IMG/VR virus record: IMGVR_UViG_3300025141_012285
Span: 20,072 to 84,071 of that record
Length of the DNA stretch: 64,000 bases
Source: a virus
Strand: one strand, 5' to 3'
The notes below the pieces were generated by a model that had not been told where the DNA came from, did no database searches, and saw nothing but the letters and a program-made list of their open reading frames with translations. The translations under genes were made by a program, and so were the position numbers. Shown in pieces: positions 38,240 through 50,600 of this stretch. Positions within the stretch are counted from its first letter, which is position 1. Every line of letters begins with the position of its first letter.

Positions 38240-40036
38240 ATGTCTAAAAATCAAAAAAAGTTACTACCAATCGATTATACACATCGTGAGTTTGAAACTA
38301 TCCAGCAAGATTTGTTGGAAATAGCCGAACGATTCTACCCTGATTCATTTCAAGATTTCAGCGAGGCCTCCTTCGGCGCCCTTATGTTAGACGCTGTTTC
38401 GTATGTCGGAGATCAACTGTCGTTTTACTTAGATTATAACGTCAATGAATCGTTCCTAGATACATCATTTCAATATACCAACGTGGTTCGCCATGGCGCT
38501 ATTTTAGGATATAAGTTTGCTGGGCGCCCATCAACCTATGGATCCGTCGCACTCTTTATTCTTGTGCCAGCCACAACTACCGGTATTGGACCAGACACAG
38601 ACTATCTGCCAATCTTAAAAAGAGGCACTTCGTTCTCCTCTGATTCTGGCCAAAGTTTTGTATTAACTGAAAACATCGACTTCGCAAGTCCCAAAAACAC
38701 CTTTGTAGCAGCCCGCGTAGACGCCACTACGGGCGCCCCAACCTATTATGCCGTCAAGGCCTATGGTAATGTGGTCTCGGGCCAGTTCGGCCAAGAGAGA
38801 ATCCCTGTGGGCGCCTTCGAGCGATTTAAAAGCGTGACTCTTCTTACACAGAATGTATCTGAGATCATCTCAGTCTTCGACACGGAAGGAAACGAATATT
38901 TCGAAGTTGATTATCTTGTGCAGGATATGATTTTTAAGGACGTTGCGAACTCGAACTACAAAAACGATAATGTCCCATCTATCCTTAAGCCCACCTTGGT
39001 ATCTCGAAAATTCATAACGCAGTTTAATCGCGATAAGGTAACCCTTCAATTTGGAAGTGGTAAGATGGGCACATCTAATGTTATTGCTAATCCCCAAAAT
39101 GTGGCAGTAGACGTTTTTGGAAAAACGTATGTGACCACAACCACTTTCGATCCTACAAGATTATCGGACAACGAAAGCTTCGGCATCGTGCCCACTAACA
39201 CTACTCTTATAGTTACATTCCGAACTACAAATGGCGCCAACTCTAATACAGCAGTCGGATCCTTAAACTCGGTGGCGTCGACAAACTTCCAATTTAAAGA
39301 CGCGCAAAATTTACAGACCGCCAAGGGCGCCAATGTGCGCAGCTCATTGGAAGTAAACAACGAAGAACCTATTATGGGAGATGTGTCATACCCTACGACT
39401 AAAGAAATAAAGCAACGAGTATATGACACTTTCCCAACTCAAAATAGAGCAGTTACTCAAACTGATTATGAAAACATAGCGTATCGTATGCACCCCAAGT
39501 TCGGAGCCATCAAAAGAGTTTCGGTACAAAAAGACTCCGATTCCCAAAAACGCAACCTGAATATGTATGTTGTTTCGGAAGATATAGCGGGTAAGTTAAC
39601 TCTATGTAACTCTACTATTAAAAACAACTTAAAAACATGGCTAAATCAGTATAGAATGATTAATGACACAGTTGATATATTAGATCCATATATTTTAAAT
39701 TTTGGAATTGAGTTTATAGCAAAACCACAGAAAATGTCTGATAAGTATATTGTTTTAGACCGCTGTATAGCAGCTTTGAAAAAGCACTATGCCCATCCTC
39801 TTTTTATAGGAGAAGCGCTTTATATTAGTGATATTTACGAAGTTCTCAAAAAAGTCTCAGGAGTTTTGGATGTTACAAAAGTTAAAGTTTATAACAAGAG
39901 CGGCGGAGCTTATTCTACGGCCGGAATCAACATAAATGAGAATCTCTCTGGCGATGGCTCATATATGGTGGTACCCAAGAACGCAATCATGGAACTTAAA
40001 TATCCCGATGTCGACATCACAGGAAAAATTAGATAA
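38240..40036 (+). CDS. Baseplate wedge protein, T4 gp6 / baseplate J-like
   Basis: IDYTHREF, QDFSEASFG, DQLSFYLD...ESFLDT, LQFGSG, TQNRAVTQTDY. Confidence 0.88.
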   Translation: MSKNQKKLLPIDYTHREFETIQQDLLEIAERFYPDSFQDFSEASFGALMLDAVSYVGDQLSFYLDYNVNESFLDTSFQYTNVVRHGAILGYKFAGRPSTYGSVALFILVPATTTGIGPDTDYLPILKRGTSFSSDSGQSFVLTENIDFASPKNTFVAARVDATTGAPTYYAVKAYGNVVSGQFGQERIPVGAFERFKSVTLLTQNVSEIISVFDTEGNEYFEVDYLVQDMIFKDVANSNYKNDNVPSILKPTLVSRKFITQFNRDKVTLQFGSGKMGTSNVIANPQNVAVDVFGKTYVTTTTFDPTRLSDNESFGIVPTNTTLIVTFRTTNGANSNTAVGSLNSVASTNFQFKDAQNLQTAKGANVRSSLEVNNEEPIMGDVSYPTTKEIKQRVYDTFPTQNRAVTQTDYENIAYRMHPKFGAIKRVSVQKDSDSQKRNLNMYVVSEDIAGKLTLCNSTIKNNLKTWLNQYRMINDTVDILDPYILNFGIEFIAKPQKMSDKYIVLDRCIAALKKHYAHPLFIGEALYISDIYEVLKKVSGVLDVTKVKVYNKSGGAYSTAGININENLSGDGSYMVVPKNAIMELKYPDVDITGKIR

Positions 40037-41640
40037 TGTCAATATTCAGATATACAGCTAGCCTCGACAACACGATTGTCAATGCGTTTCAACCCAATCT
40101 CACAACTAGAGGTACGGGCGCTAACTGTGGTCAGGCCGATATTGTTGAAGTTTATTCTATCTATGGCCATGCCCCAATGGCTACAGCATCGGCTACAAGC
40201 GGTTCTCAAGAGCTTTCACGCATCTTAATGCAATTTCCTATTGCGAACATTACTGCTGATCGCACTGCAAACAAGATCCCCGCTAGCGGCTCTGTTTCAT
40301 TCTATCTCAAGATACACAATGCCGAAACCTCAAAGACAGTACCGCGGGATTTTGCCCTTGAAGTCTTCCCGGTTTCGCAAGAGTGGGAAGAAGGCCTCGG
40401 TCTGGATCTTGAGAGCTATACTGATTTAACCAAAGGCAACATCGGCTCCAACTGGATTATGGCAACCAAAACAACCGAATGGACCTCCTCTGCCAACGCA
40501 GTAGGCGGCTCATACTTAACCGGTACCAGCGACCCTCGATTCAAGCAGACTTTTTCTACCGGCCTTGAAGATTTAGAAATTGATATTTCGCCGCTGGTTG
40601 AACATTGGATTGCTGGCACGCGAGACAATTACGGGGTAGGGGTGATACTCTCATCTTCGTACGAAGCTTATTATTCAGCATCAAATGACACTGACGTTAC
40701 TCCCCTCTACACCGGCAGCATTATCAATAATACCGGTGGCGCCACTGATTCCTACTACACAAAAAGATTCTTCGGAAGAGGAACACAATATTTCTTCAAG
40801 AAGCCTTGTATAGAAGCACGATGGGATAGCACAACCCGAGACGATAGAGGAGACTTCTATTACAGTAGCTCTCTAGCACCCGCCGCAGATAACAAAAATA
40901 CTATCTATATTTATAACTATGTCCGCGGCAAGTTGCAAAACATCCCCGCCATTGGCACCACTGGCTCAATTATGGTGAGTCTCTACTCTGGTTCTGCTAA
41001 AAATAATGCACCCTCTGGTTCTAAACTATTACTTTGCGATGGTCTTTACGCCGTAACGGGGGGCTATGTGTCCACGGGTATATACTCGGCATCTATCTGT
41101 GCGACTGCCTCGGCAACCCCAATTAAGACTCTTTATGACGTTTGGTGGAGTGGCTCTCACGCCGCCTCTGGCCATGCCAAGAATGGTATAGAATTCTTTA
41201 CGGGTTCGACAAAACCAAAGACGTTCGGCGCGACCACCGATGTCCGCGAGCCTACATACTATATTAATATTAGTAACTTGCAAAACCGTTACAGTCCCAC
41301 GGAGACAGCACGGTTCAGCTTATATATCCGAAATAAAAATTGGAATCCCACCATTTATACAAAAGCGAAGACCACACCGGAGCATTTGCCGGTCGTCAGC
41401 GCCTCTTATCGTGTATTCCGCGTTTTAGATGCTCTTGAAGTTCTTCCGCACGATACCGGTAGCGACTTCTCCACTGGACTCTCTTACGATGTGTCGGGTA
41501 ACTACTTCAACTTTGATATGAAATTGCTTGATCCTGGATATGAGTATGGATTTAAGTTTGCATTTTATGATGACGAATTAAAATCTTGGCTTGAACAGGA
41601 TGAAATGTTTAAGTTTAGAGTGGTAAACTATGAGTATTAA
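40036..41640 (+). CDS. Putative virion structural protein (beta-rich)
   Basis: TAATG-coupled to the gp6-like gene, with SRILMQF, WEEGLG, NYGVGV, YYTKRFF and LSYDVSGNYF motifs. Confidence 0.6.
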   Translation: MSIFRYTASLDNTIVNAFQPNLTTRGTGANCGQADIVEVYSIYGHAPMATASATSGSQELSRILMQFPIANITADRTANKIPASGSVSFYLKIHNAETSKTVPRDFALEVFPVSQEWEEGLGLDLESYTDLTKGNIGSNWIMATKTTEWTSSANAVGGSYLTGTSDPRFKQTFSTGLEDLEIDISPLVEHWIAGTRDNYGVGVILSSSYEAYYSASNDTDVTPLYTGSIINNTGGATDSYYTKRFFGRGTQYFFKKPCIEARWDSTTRDDRGDFYYSSSLAPAADNKNTIYIYNYVRGKLQNIPAIGTTGSIMVSLYSGSAKNNAPSGSKLLLCDGLYAVTGGYVSTGIYSASICATASATPIKTLYDVWWSGSHAASGHAKNGIEFFTGSTKPKTFGATTDVREPTYYINISNLQNRYSPTETARFSLYIRNKNWNPTIYTKAKTTPEHLPVVSASYRVFRVLDALEVLPHDTGSDFSTGLSYDVSGNYFNFDMKLLDPGYEYGFKFAFYDDELKSWLEQDEMFKFRVVNYEY

Positions 41641-44600
41641 GGACTTATTTGGTAGAAATTATCTACCAGACAAAAGCATAAAAGAAATATCTGTCGACAT
41701 TGAGTCGCCGGAGAATCTGCAGGCACAAAAAGCTCGGCAAGATAGTTTTATTCCGCAGATTGATTATGAGAACCCATACACATTTGCTAAGTACGGTTCT
41801 GCCAATCTTTATTATAATAGTGCTATTGATCGTATCTTGGATTTTTATCCCTATGATGGATCTGATTCCGAAATAACTAAATTCTATAATAAGTCGCTGG
41901 ACATTGAGAAATATATTTTTGATAAGAAGTATCCTCGCACAACTGGATACAGCATTATCTCTCCTGTTAATGTAACGAGTTCGGCCAAATATAGCGGCCG
42001 ACCAGCTTATGGAGGCGCCGGGTATGGCATGCCGACGGTTGCGGAATACATCACATTCAATGGCGGCCTAAACGTAGTTAACGAGACAACGAACATTAAA
42101 AAACTTGTACCGGATCCAACCAACAGCAAGTTCCAATATAACAACATTTATGATAATAATCTGTACGTAAACAGCGGCTTCCCTTCGGATTATGGTTCAG
42201 GTACGCGTCTCTCCAACCTCCGATCCGACTTTGATACAGGGGTTACCATTGAATTCTGGGCTATGACCGGCGCACTTGGAACAAGTGTTACTGACCGACA
42301 GGTTGTGTTCGATATGTGGAATAATAATGCCACAGCTAGTGCCGACGAGTCTTACGGACGCATTCGTATCGAGTTGGCCGCCGACGGCGCTTACGGCGCA
42401 ACAGAAAGTCCCTTTTTGATTACTGTACAATCAGGAACTTTGAGCGCGAGCGCAGAACAGATAAACACTTCCTCCATTGGTACAGCAAATCTGTCACATA
42501 GCTTGTCAGATTGGCGACACTATGCATTTGTTTTAGAGAATTCCGGCAGCGCCTTTAAAGCATCTCTGTATGTGAACGGAGAACTGAACGATACAAACGT
42601 TTATTTATCGACGACTATGGGAGAGTTGTCATCCAAAAATATGCAAGGTCGCATCGGCGCCCTTTTAACGGCACCGGCTTATGTGTCAGATACCACTCTG
42701 ACTGCGAGCCAGTTTGTTGGAGGCGGTAAGCTGAGCGGATCTTTAGATGAATTTAGATTTTGGAAAACTGCAAGAAACGCTGAGCAGATCGGCCGATACT
42801 GGTTTGATCAAGTCCGCGGCGGTACCAACACAGACATCTCTAATACAACGCTTGGTATGTACTATAAGTTCAATGAAGGTATTACCGGCGCCCCAACTAT
42901 CGATAGCGTGGTATTGGATTATGCCGGCCGCTTATGCAACGGTACATGGACCGGATATTCGTCAGTATCGCGCAACACAGGCTCTGCCATTGTGTCCGCA
43001 TCAGCAGCGCCTTTTGAATACCTAGACCCGATTATCCGACCACAACATGCAGGCATTTCTTCTTTACGAACAGAACTGACTGCGAAAGGCGAGCATCACG
43101 ATACTCAAAATGCGGGACAGTTCCTCAACTTGATACCCGCATGGGTAGTCGAAGAAGCCCAAGCTACGAACGATGCAGATGGACAAAGCAACATAGAGCA
43201 ATTATCGCACATTATGGGCGCCTACTTTGATAAACTTTACTTACAGATTTCAGCGCTGCCGTCCTTTAGGCACGAGCAATTTACAAGCTCCTCATATAAA
43301 CCGCTGCCTTTTGCTCAGCATTTGCCCCAATCATTGGGATTGACAACGCCGGACATATTTGTTGACTCTAAGATTCTCGAAAGATTTAAAGATCGCTCGA
43401 ACACGGAAATGTTCGAGGGAGATTTAAACGATACCAAGAACTTAATATATCAAAATCTTTACAATAGTTTAGCTACCATTTATAAATCTAAAGGTACTCA
43501 TCGTTCCATTAGAAATGTCTTAAGATGTTTCAATATTGATGACAACTTGGTTTATTTCAATACGTATGCAGACAATCAAACTTATGAATTAAACACCAAT
43601 CGCAAGCAAACGCTTAAGAAGCGTAAGATGATTAACTTCAATACTGCATCCAATATGGAAGCAGTCGTCTATCAAGCTGAAGATCCGGCCTACCCGGCAC
43701 CAGTTTCTCTAGGGTATATAACTGGTTCTGGAAAGCAAGCAATCCCGGGCCCATATGAGTTCGGAGAAGCTGGTAATCAAGATGGTTATGGGTTTACAGC
43801 AGAAGCAAGTATTAGATTCCCCCGATTCTTTAAGATTGCGGATTCCATGGATAGGAACTTTTTCACGTCTTCTCTATTTGGTGGAATGACTGTGATGACT
43901 GGCGCGACCGGCACAGGATATGCCGGAGGGACAACCGCTCTGACTGGCGCGCAAGATGTCGCTAACTTCCAAGTTTACGCCATTAGGGATGCACTCGGAT
44001 CCAAGAATGTTCGCTTTATGCTTACTTCTTCATTCGATCCTCACCCATTTGATGCTCTTACAAGCAGCAACTTCCTAAGTGTCTATGCCAACGAAGACTG
44101 GAACCTCTCAGTTGGATTGCGCCCCACTAAGTATGGCTCAGATATCATTTCTGGTTCAACGGATTTCGTCTATGACATTGTATTTCGCGGATACAACAAT
44201 ACTTTAGGGACGATACGAAACAGCTTTGAGGTTTCGGCGTCTATGAAGGCTGAGTTCGGCAAGAACTTCCTCCGATCATGGAAACGAATGTATGTTGGTG
44301 CCCAGAATGTAAACATTACTGGCTCGAATACACATTTTGCTGATACTCAAATTAATGGTTTGAAATATTGGACAAAATATATTGACAATATTTCCCTCAA
44401 ACAACACGCCCTAGACCGAGAAAACTCAGGAGTCTCAGGTTCTTATCGCAATATCTCAGGTATTGATCCATTGGCGGCGACCCATGATGTATACAATCTT
44501 AATACACTCGCCCTTAATTGGTATTTTGGAAACGTAACCGGCTCAGACAGCGCCGGCAACTTCTATGTTACGGATTTATCTTCAGGCTCTCTCAATAGTG

Positions 44601-47600
44601 CTGGAACTTCGGTTATGGAGAAGTTTGGTTGGGCAGGTAAATTATCTGGCTACCTGTACGCAGGAAAAGGCCATGGCTTCCCAGCGAGTGCGGAAGACGC
44701 TGTATCTAACAACCTTGTAAATGAATTCAAGTTTGTAGATCCGGAGATCGTGACAAGTGATGAAATGGTGAATATCCTTGATGAGGACGATGAACTCTTC
44801 GGACTCTTTGATGAAGTCCCAAGCTACAGGCATTTAACAGAAAAAAGTCTATACGCATCGGTAACCGAAGAAATATTAGATTATTTTGCAGGAGTTCTGG
44901 ATTTTTCCAATATGATTGGCGATCCCGTTCACCGCTATCGATTTGAATATAAACCCATAGATTTACTGCGCCGAATATACTTTGAAAAGTTTAATGATAT
45001 CAAGACAGTTGAAAAGTTTACTGAATACTTCCGATGGTTTGATGACGCGATCGCTGCCATTATCCAACAAATGGTACCTGCTTCAGCCGAATATGTAGCA
45101 GATATGTATAACACGGTCGAAAGCCATATTCTGGAGAGACACAAATATCATTCCAAGTTCCCTACTATAGAATTTAAGCAGCCCGATCCTGAAGCACCCA
45201 TGCTTGGTATTGGCGCTAACTTGCTTGGATACGTCACAGATTTATTTGGCGGTGTAGAGGCCTCCCCGCGTCCAGTGAATGTTCATAAGAACTATTGGAA
45301 AAAGCGCGCTCAGCCCGGTGCTAAAGGGGTTGGCTCATTTGAGATTTCTTCTGGCGATGCGGCTATCGATTCTCAACGAAGGGCTTTCCGAAATATTTCG
45401 TGGAGTAAGCCATCTCTATCGAGTTCACAAATTGTTCTTTCTAAGCCTGACGGCACACAATACGTTAGAAACCAACTTCTGCAAACACAAAAACATGGGG
45501 TTGTAAACTTTAATCAGCCGGAAAGAAATAAGACAATTAAAGGTGGAGTTAACTTCGAACCTGGCAAAAGTTTTAGCTATGTTCAATCTTCAGTATACCC
45601 AGCCGGCCCCATTAATACGGCTGACAGCTTATTTATACCCGAGAACGTTCTTTATGGCGACATTGCAGACCTGACGGCGATTGAAGATATCGAACAGTGG
45701 GAAGAAGATGGCAATGTTAGCAAAAAGAGACATCGCTATTTAGGAGTTGTACAGGGCCGCGACTATGATGGCGGTTACAACTATACCAAGACTAAAAACT
45801 CATTTGCCTTCCCGTTCAACTTGATGAGCGCCTCTATATCGGGCGGCATCGACGACTTCATTTCTGCGAGATTATCATCTAGCATTACTGTCGCCAACTT
45901 ACACAATGACGTTTATGGCTATGAGCTGGAAAAACCGCTGCAAGGCCCATTCACTGAATATGCAGTCGGAGGCCATCAATCACGACACGTGCCACTGAAC
46001 ACCAGCGGCTCCACCAAAACATTTTTCTCCACAGGGTTAGATAACTATACAACACGCCCCGAGGCATGGAAACTTCTTCTGGGTAAGCGCGGCCCGGGCT
46101 GCCCAACTGGCGACTTTCTTTCAGGAGCCATCGGGTTAGTACCAGCAGACTATCCATGGCCAGAGGCGAACGAGCCAGATGTGCCCCCTTATCCGATGAC
46201 AGCTTCCCAAAAAGCTGTTTATTATAGAGGATTTACGGCAAAGCGTCCAGTAAACATTCGCAACATTCGCATGCGAACTGGATCCACCATTCTTGGTAAC
46301 TTCGAACACAATTATGAAGTTGTTCATTCCTTTGACACTTACGCTAACCCCCGCCAGTTTATAGAAAAACAGCCGGCACTTCCTACGCAAATATTCCAAA
46401 ACAACAGCACCAGTTCAACTCAGACACGCACTTTCTTAGATCTACATCGTACTGACGATTCACACTTTGAGTTTGTCGATGAGTATAGTGTCGATTACCT
46501 TACAGGAACAGTAAACAACTCTATTATCTCTACGAGATTTGGTACGGTAGGAGGACCACTTACAGATGGCACAGGGTATCGAGACTTTAGGTCTGACTCA
46601 CTTTCTGTATACAATACCCTCAACAACCTTTACATGACGGTCATTAAGACCTCTCAGCCGCCTTCTGGGACGTTTTCGGAACCACCGGGCGCCGGCACTA
46701 CGGGGATTCGTGTCTTCGACCTTCACGGCCGCGACGTGGGATTAACTTCTCACTACGCCCGCCACACTGCGCGCTTTGGTCGGGATCCTGTTGCATTGCC
46801 GACAATCCCCTATACCCTGACAAGTAGCATGTACGTTCGCTCACCGAGCGTCTCCACATATAGCTCTTCCGCAGGCCTTCAAGGCTGGTGGAGACTAAAC
46901 GAAGATATATCATCCGCCGGCGATGCTGTCGACAGTAGTGGAAACGGCCGCGACGGTACTCCCACAAATCGACCGGCATTTAGTACAACCCTCTTCCCGA
47001 ACAAGTTTATACAAACAGGAAGCTGTACTTTCGATGGGTCTGATGATGATACAAACATTGGCGCCGCAGCAACTTGGGATGCAATCATCGGAAATGACAC
47101 CGGTGGGGGCTCAACCGAGCAGATGACTTTCTCAGCGTGGATTTACCCAACTAGTGCTGGCGAAAATAATTACGGCCGCATTATAGATTTTGGAAACCAA
47201 GATATCGGATTTTTCCTCGGAGACGGCGCCGGAGGAACAGAGCTTAACTTCAGCGTTAAATGGGATAGTGGCCCCGCGGTTGCCAATTGGAAGACCACAG
47301 CCGAGATTGCCACATCGATATGGACACATGTGGCTGTAACATATGACGCGACGTCGACATCAAATGCACCCACTATCTATATCAACGGAGTCCCCGCGGC
47401 CGCTAGCCAAACCGGTACCGCACCGGCCGGCACATATTATGGGATTGTTACTCAGACATGTCATATCGGAAACAATAATGGTGGCACTCGTACGTTCGCG
47501 GGCCAGATATCTGATGTGGCGGTATGGAACAGTATACTCCCCACAGCGGATGTCCATGCGATTGCCGAGGTCGGTAGTATCTTTTACGCCGACTCAATCA

Positions 47601-50600
47601 CGGCCACCACAGTACCAGAGCCGGGCTTAACATATAATCAGCTACCCAACTTCCACAAGATTCACCGAAACAATATTTGTGTCAAGAAGCAAACTTCATG
47701 CGTTTTAAACCCGATATATAGCGGGAGCGCGCTTTCTAACTTGAGATCTGGGTATTGGGTCGCAGCCCCCGCCGCCACGTCGGTAGGCACCGTTCTGGCC
47801 AGTGCAGACACAGGTAGTGCCGATTTCTTGACTGCATCTCTCCGAGGAGATGGTAATGGCGCCGGCATGACGCTTTCAATGTGGGCCAAACCAGGCGCCC
47901 AGACGACTGCCATGGCACTGTGGTCAATTGGAAAATGCAGTGCTGCATCGGAACCATTCGTTGTAGTTGAAAAAACCAATAACAATCGACTTACGGTTGA
48001 GGTAAGAACCCGAACCACATCCACTGGTCACGATGGCACTCCGAGACTCGTTACAGTATACGGAGTAACGTCAGCCCTTACCGATGCAAACTGGCACCAC
48101 TATGCAGTAACCCTGCAGGGCAAAAACGGCGCGCTTGGTGATGCCCAAGATGCAGAATCATTAGTTGCTCTTTATGTCGATGGGAGCCCTATAAGCATCA
48201 CAAGTTTCGTGACGAATCCTTCAGGCTCTATCCTGACTTATGATGCTCAGAAGGATGGGGACTATTCGTTCAAAGGATTTTCTCCCGCGGCAGGCGGAGT
48301 GCCAAACAAAAGCGGCCAACAAATATACGCCTTTGGCGGAGAGTCATCGGCCGCAGCAACTGGACCAGACCCCTTCACTGGATCTATGGATCAAATGACA
48401 ATGTGGACCAGGAACCTTTCAGCAGCCGACATAAGCGAGATCTACAATGGCGGCGTCCCCTGCGATATAACGGCATCGGCAGCATATACAGCCGCGCCCA
48501 GCAATCTGTTTGCGTGGTATGCTCTTGGAGAATACGCCCCCAACGGCAAACAAGACGAAGTAAAGTCATCCAACGTCGGCTCACCGCTCTCTGCCTCCAA
48601 CATCATTTGGGATCATTCACCAGAGCCACATTACAACATGTACCCGGTGGGGCGGCAAAGCACAACTATTTCCACCAGCGAGTTCCTCCTCAGCAGTGGT
48701 GCTGTTGATGGAGTCTGGCCCGATCCTATTCCGGGTTGTACTCTGTCAGTCGTTGGCCTTGAAGAAGTGTGCACCGTCACAGAACAGTCACAATACGATA
48801 ACTTTAACATCCAACATCAGATCCCACGCGATACGCGACAGTATGCATGGATCACTTCATCATTAGAATCGACAGCATCGTGGTGGAGTTGTGGCTTCAC
48901 CCCTCGCGACTTCTGGTTCCGAAGTGGATCCACATACATTGAACCACTGAACTTTGTAAGTGCTAGTGAAGCCGGCGCAGTAAATACTGGCGCTGGTTTG
49001 ACTTTTGATCCCACTGATTACTCCCCCGCTGATTTACCACAAGTTCAGAGGCTTAATTTGAACATACACGAACCAGTTAGCGCATCATCAAATATACTGG
49101 GGTACTCCGCAACGACGCCCATTACGCAATATATTAACCGAAATGCTGGCCTTATTGAAGTACTCAGTATGGATCCCAAAGATGAGGCATATATGTTCAA
49201 TAACCTCATGTGGAAGCGAGGAAATCAGTATGGTTATCCCTCATGGAAACAAGTGCGCCAGCAAGACCATCCCCTGCTCATGCAGCAACAGAAGACCAAT
49301 AAACTTAATATTAGTTATCTTGGGAATGTGTCGAGAAGCTTCGACCTCCCGCCTGTTTCAATGAAAGGCACACCAGCACTTGTTAACATGGATTACGTAA
49401 CTTCCATGTCGGGCTCGAAGCATGGTCTCACCGAGATACAAGACAATGTGACACTCAAAACATCTTATAACAACGAGATGATCGGATTCAATGAACAAGC
49501 GCTGGATGTATTCCAAAACCTAAACTACCAAAGCGAAGTCACACCTTTCGAGCAACTTGTTGCGATGAAAGACAGATATAACGTTGACCTTAACTGGGTC
49601 TTATACTCTGAGAACCTTTTTCCATCGACACGCCGAGAGTTCATATCATCATCCATGACTCGTGTCGGATATGACAACGGCTTCTGGCGCGATGTACGGG
49701 TCGACCGAACAGTTAACCCTGCAACCAACTCTGTGGGAGTCAAGGCTTGGTCTACTAGCTATCTCTCCGAGAGCATGTGGGCCCTTGATGCGCCTCAAGA
49801 CTTCTTGACACGTACGGGGCCTTCGACCATAGGCTCGACAATCATCGGCGGCGGCCCGTGGTATGCGTATGATATACAAGATCCAATAATCTCTAACACT
49901 GCCGGTGAACTCCAAAATACCTACACCTCTTATCATTTTGAAGACCCACCTGCGAAGACGACGAACGGCGGCCTATGGCAGGTGCAGATAGCAATGAGAA
50001 ATGGGGGGCTTTATTCTCGCAAGCACATGTTAAACTCGCCATTGTCTGCAGTATCTCCCTCTCTATCGGGTACGATTAATCGACAGCTTCTGGGCATGGA
50101 TGCAAATAACATGCGCCTTGAGCGCCAGATCATGAGCGCTCCAATCGCCGGACGGACGGGCTCTCTAGCAACAGGATCTGGAGAAGCGCTGTGGCAGGCC
50201 GACACACAGGCCGGCTATCTTACAATGTCCAACAATACGACGGGCTTTGTTTCTGCCTCTTCTAAGCCATGGTATAACGATTATGACGATTTCCGAGCAG
50301 ATCTTAAAACTATTGCTAAAGGATATGCAGTTATTCCGGAATTTAGAATCTCGGAACAAATCGAAAACTACGCAAGATATGATATTCTGGGCGCCGACAA
50401 CTTTGATACTTTCACTATTCCCGGCACTGCTCTGAGCAGTTCGCAGGATACATTCTATAAAGATTACACAAACTCAGACTTCATGAAGAACTTCTTAGAT
50501 GTAAAACAAATGTCTGATCTTAAAGCCAAAGAACTGAGATTAACTTGCCACGCAACCATCAAGTTTAATCCATACAAGGGATTCTATCCCGCACAAAGAA

